A stretch of DNA of 64,000 bases from an uncultured Spirochaetota bacterium (GTDB lineage: Bacteria > Spirochaetota > Brevinematia > Brevinematales > JAOACQ01), in contig CAWAOD010000005.1 of NCBI GenBank assembly GCA_963783575.1, positions 192,001-256,000 of the forward strand, given 5' to 3'. The notes below the pieces were generated by a model. It saw only the letters and a list, made by a program, of their open reading frames with translations. It was not told where the DNA came from and made no database searches. Numbering within the stretch: the stretch's first letter is position 1; each line of letters begins with the position of its first letter. The position numbers were made by a program, and so were the translations under genes. Below are positions 62,183 to 64,000 of this stretch, in pieces.

Positions 62183-62917
62183 ATGCTTGTAAAAATCCTG
62201 GGTAATGGAGGAGCAGTCTGCGACGGCCTGCCGTATAATTCCTTTTTGATCGGTGGTTATTTTCTTGCTGAAACTCCGCCTGACGTTATAAATAGCCTTT
62301 TCAGGGAATCAGTCGATATTTCGGAGTTGAGGGTAATTTTCATCTCGCATTTCCATGCAGACCATTACTTCGGTTTTCCACTTCTGGCACTCCGGCTTTT
62401 TTTCAACCGGATCGATAATAAAATCAGGCTGATCGGTCCGCATGGATTAAAGTCTAAAATTGAAGAAATCTGCAGAACGGCATTCGGGGCCGATCATCCT
62501 TATATCAAATGGGTTGAGGATCATATTTTGTTTTTTGAGATAGGCCCGAATGAAAAATTTGAACTTAATAAAAATCTGGTTTTAGAAACTATTCCAATGT
62601 TTCATTTTACTGAGGCACTTGGATTTTCTCTTTATGAAAACGGCCGGATAATTTTCTCATATTTCGCTGATACCCTCTGGAATGACAATCTTTTAGAAGT
62701 CATCAAACAAAAGCCTGGAGTGATTTTAACCGATCTAAACGGCGAGATTGATGATCCTGCGCCAATCCACATATCCGAAGCTGATCTGATAAAAAATGCC
62801 CTGCCTTGCTGCGATAATACAACAGCATTTTACGGCACACATCTAAAAAAGCAAAAAGATTCAATTCAGGAAAGAATAAAATATGTACGTCCTGGTGAAA
62901 TTATTAAAATAGGTTAG
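62183..62917 (+). CDS. MBL-fold hydrolase, RNase Z-like
   Basis: ILGNGG; FISHFHADHYFG; ADT; GTH. Confidence 0.85.
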   Translation: MLVKILGNGGAVCDGLPYNSFLIGGYFLAETPPDVINSLFRESVDISELRVIFISHFHADHYFGFPLLALRLFFNRIDNKIRLIGPHGLKSKIEEICRTAFGADHPYIKWVEDHILFFEIGPNEKFELNKNLVLETIPMFHFTEALGFSLYENGRIIFSYFADTLWNDNLLEVIKQKPGVILTDLNGEIDDPAPIHISEADLIKNALPCCDNTTAFYGTHLKKQKDSIQERIKYVRPGEIIKIG

Positions 62918-62934
62918 GAATACAATTCTCATTA

Positions 62935-63119
62935 CTTCCCGCCTTTATGCCTTCCTGTGGAAAATAAAATTCACAGGAAGGTGGTAAGGAGGGAAGAACC
63001 GCTCAACCGCATAAATATTTTATAAGCAGAGTCAATATTTTGTTTGTTTTCAGCCACTAATTACGCTAATTGACACGAATAAATAATAAATTAGTGATAA
63101 TTCGTGCAATTAGTGGCTG
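62935..63119. repeat. Dispersed palindromic repeats of the same families as in the GH43 leaders
   Basis: CTTCCTGTG...CACAGGAAG hairpin (62935-62996); CAGCCACTAATT...AATTAGTGGCTG hairpin (63051-63119). Confidence 0.75.
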
Positions 63120-63262
63120 ATAATTATGCCTGTTAATTTTGCTTTGATAATTATTTTATCATTTCACAAAAAAAACTACAATTTTACTATTGACAATATA
63201 CCGTCACATGACATAAAATAAATCATTATATTGTGTAAGGGCATAATGGAGGTCATATATTT

Positions 63263-63934
63263 ATGAAAAAAATATTGTCTTTATTAGTTTTTTTATTCAT
63301 ACTATCATTCATACCGGATTTTGCGGAAGAGTACAAAATCTGGAAGGTTAAACCCGTAAAAATCGACAGGAATAAGGCGGCTGAAAAGATGGCCGGTCAC
63401 TACCGCAGCGAGAATAAGGAAACAAAAAACGGTGTGAAAATCTACCGCTACAACGGCCTGGACGGTTCAAGGGTCAGGATCGGCGATGACGGGTCTATAC
63501 AGGTTGTTCAAACCGCCGGGGTTAAGGAAATAAACCAGGAGCTTTTATACAGTAAGATTTCGGATATGCTGGACAGGCTGGAACTGAAAGTGAAGATCCT
63601 CACAAATCAAATCAAATGGACATACCGGGACTACACAAATCTCGTCAGCCTCACCGGTATAAAGCTTGTGGAGGGGCTGGAGGTTGTGAACGGCGACAGG
63701 GTGGAAATCAACGCGATGAGGACGGGGCCTAAAAACGCGGAATTCGATTTAAAGGTGAGATGGTATGAGACGGGCAAAATGACAATTACAAATATTAACT
63801 TAGATCAAAAATCAAAAAATATTGTCAGGAGTATTACAAATACTGACAATAATAAAATCGATAAAAATAAACAAAGTAATTATGTATATAAAAATGGATA
63901 TTATTATCCGGTGATGAGGTTGATTAAGAAATAA
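63263..63934 (+). CDS. Hypothetical secreted protein
   Basis: RBS GGAGG; signal peptide; upstream TTGACA-18 nt-TAAAAT. Confidence 0.7.
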   Translation: MKKILSLLVFLFILSFIPDFAEEYKIWKVKPVKIDRNKAAEKMAGHYRSENKETKNGVKIYRYNGLDGSRVRIGDDGSIQVVQTAGVKEINQELLYSKISDMLDRLELKVKILTNQIKWTYRDYTNLVSLTGIKLVEGLEVVNGDRVEINAMRTGPKNAEFDLKVRWYETGKMTITNINLDQKSKNIVRSITNTDNNKIDKNKQSNYVYKNGYYYPVMRLIKK

Positions 63935-64000
63935 TAGTTTTTGTTTATATTAAATTGTATTTTTTGGGAGTTCACTATGTGGAAAAATTTGAAATTATTT

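Overview
AT-rich bacterial DNA, probably from a spirochaete (inferred from the lipoprotein signals and a conserved hypothetical next to recO). Bases ~1.8-33.8 kb form an amplified carbohydrate-degradation island made of two parallel blocks. Each block starts with a ~1800-aa Ser/Thr-kinase-like/STAND-ATPase/TPR/GAF/sigma54 enhancer-binding protein; copy A is split by two frameshifts and copy B is intact. Each regulator is followed by three copies of a -24/-12 sigma54 promoter, with tandem GAC-N8-GTC palindromes about 130-170 bp upstream whose sequence differs between the blocks. These promoters precede lipoproteins built from GH43, GH8, CBM6 and beta-trefoil modules. The island also holds a duplicated alpha/beta hydrolase, an IS91-like fragment, an IS1182 element, a small protein resembling an IS110 RuvC domain, and nested palindromic mini-repeats. 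The remainder is more ordinary: a BspA-type LRR lipoprotein, TPR-SPOR, recO, GAF-HD-GYP plus MBL-cNMP signalling, oxidoreductases, pstSCAB-phoU next to CBS-PP2C and EAL-CBS-GGDEF genes, and a lamin-tail/metalloprotease lipoprotein cluster. Several single-base frameshifts are probably assembly errors. No rRNA, tRNA or CRISPR array was seen. All domain calls come from motif recognition by eye, not database searches.
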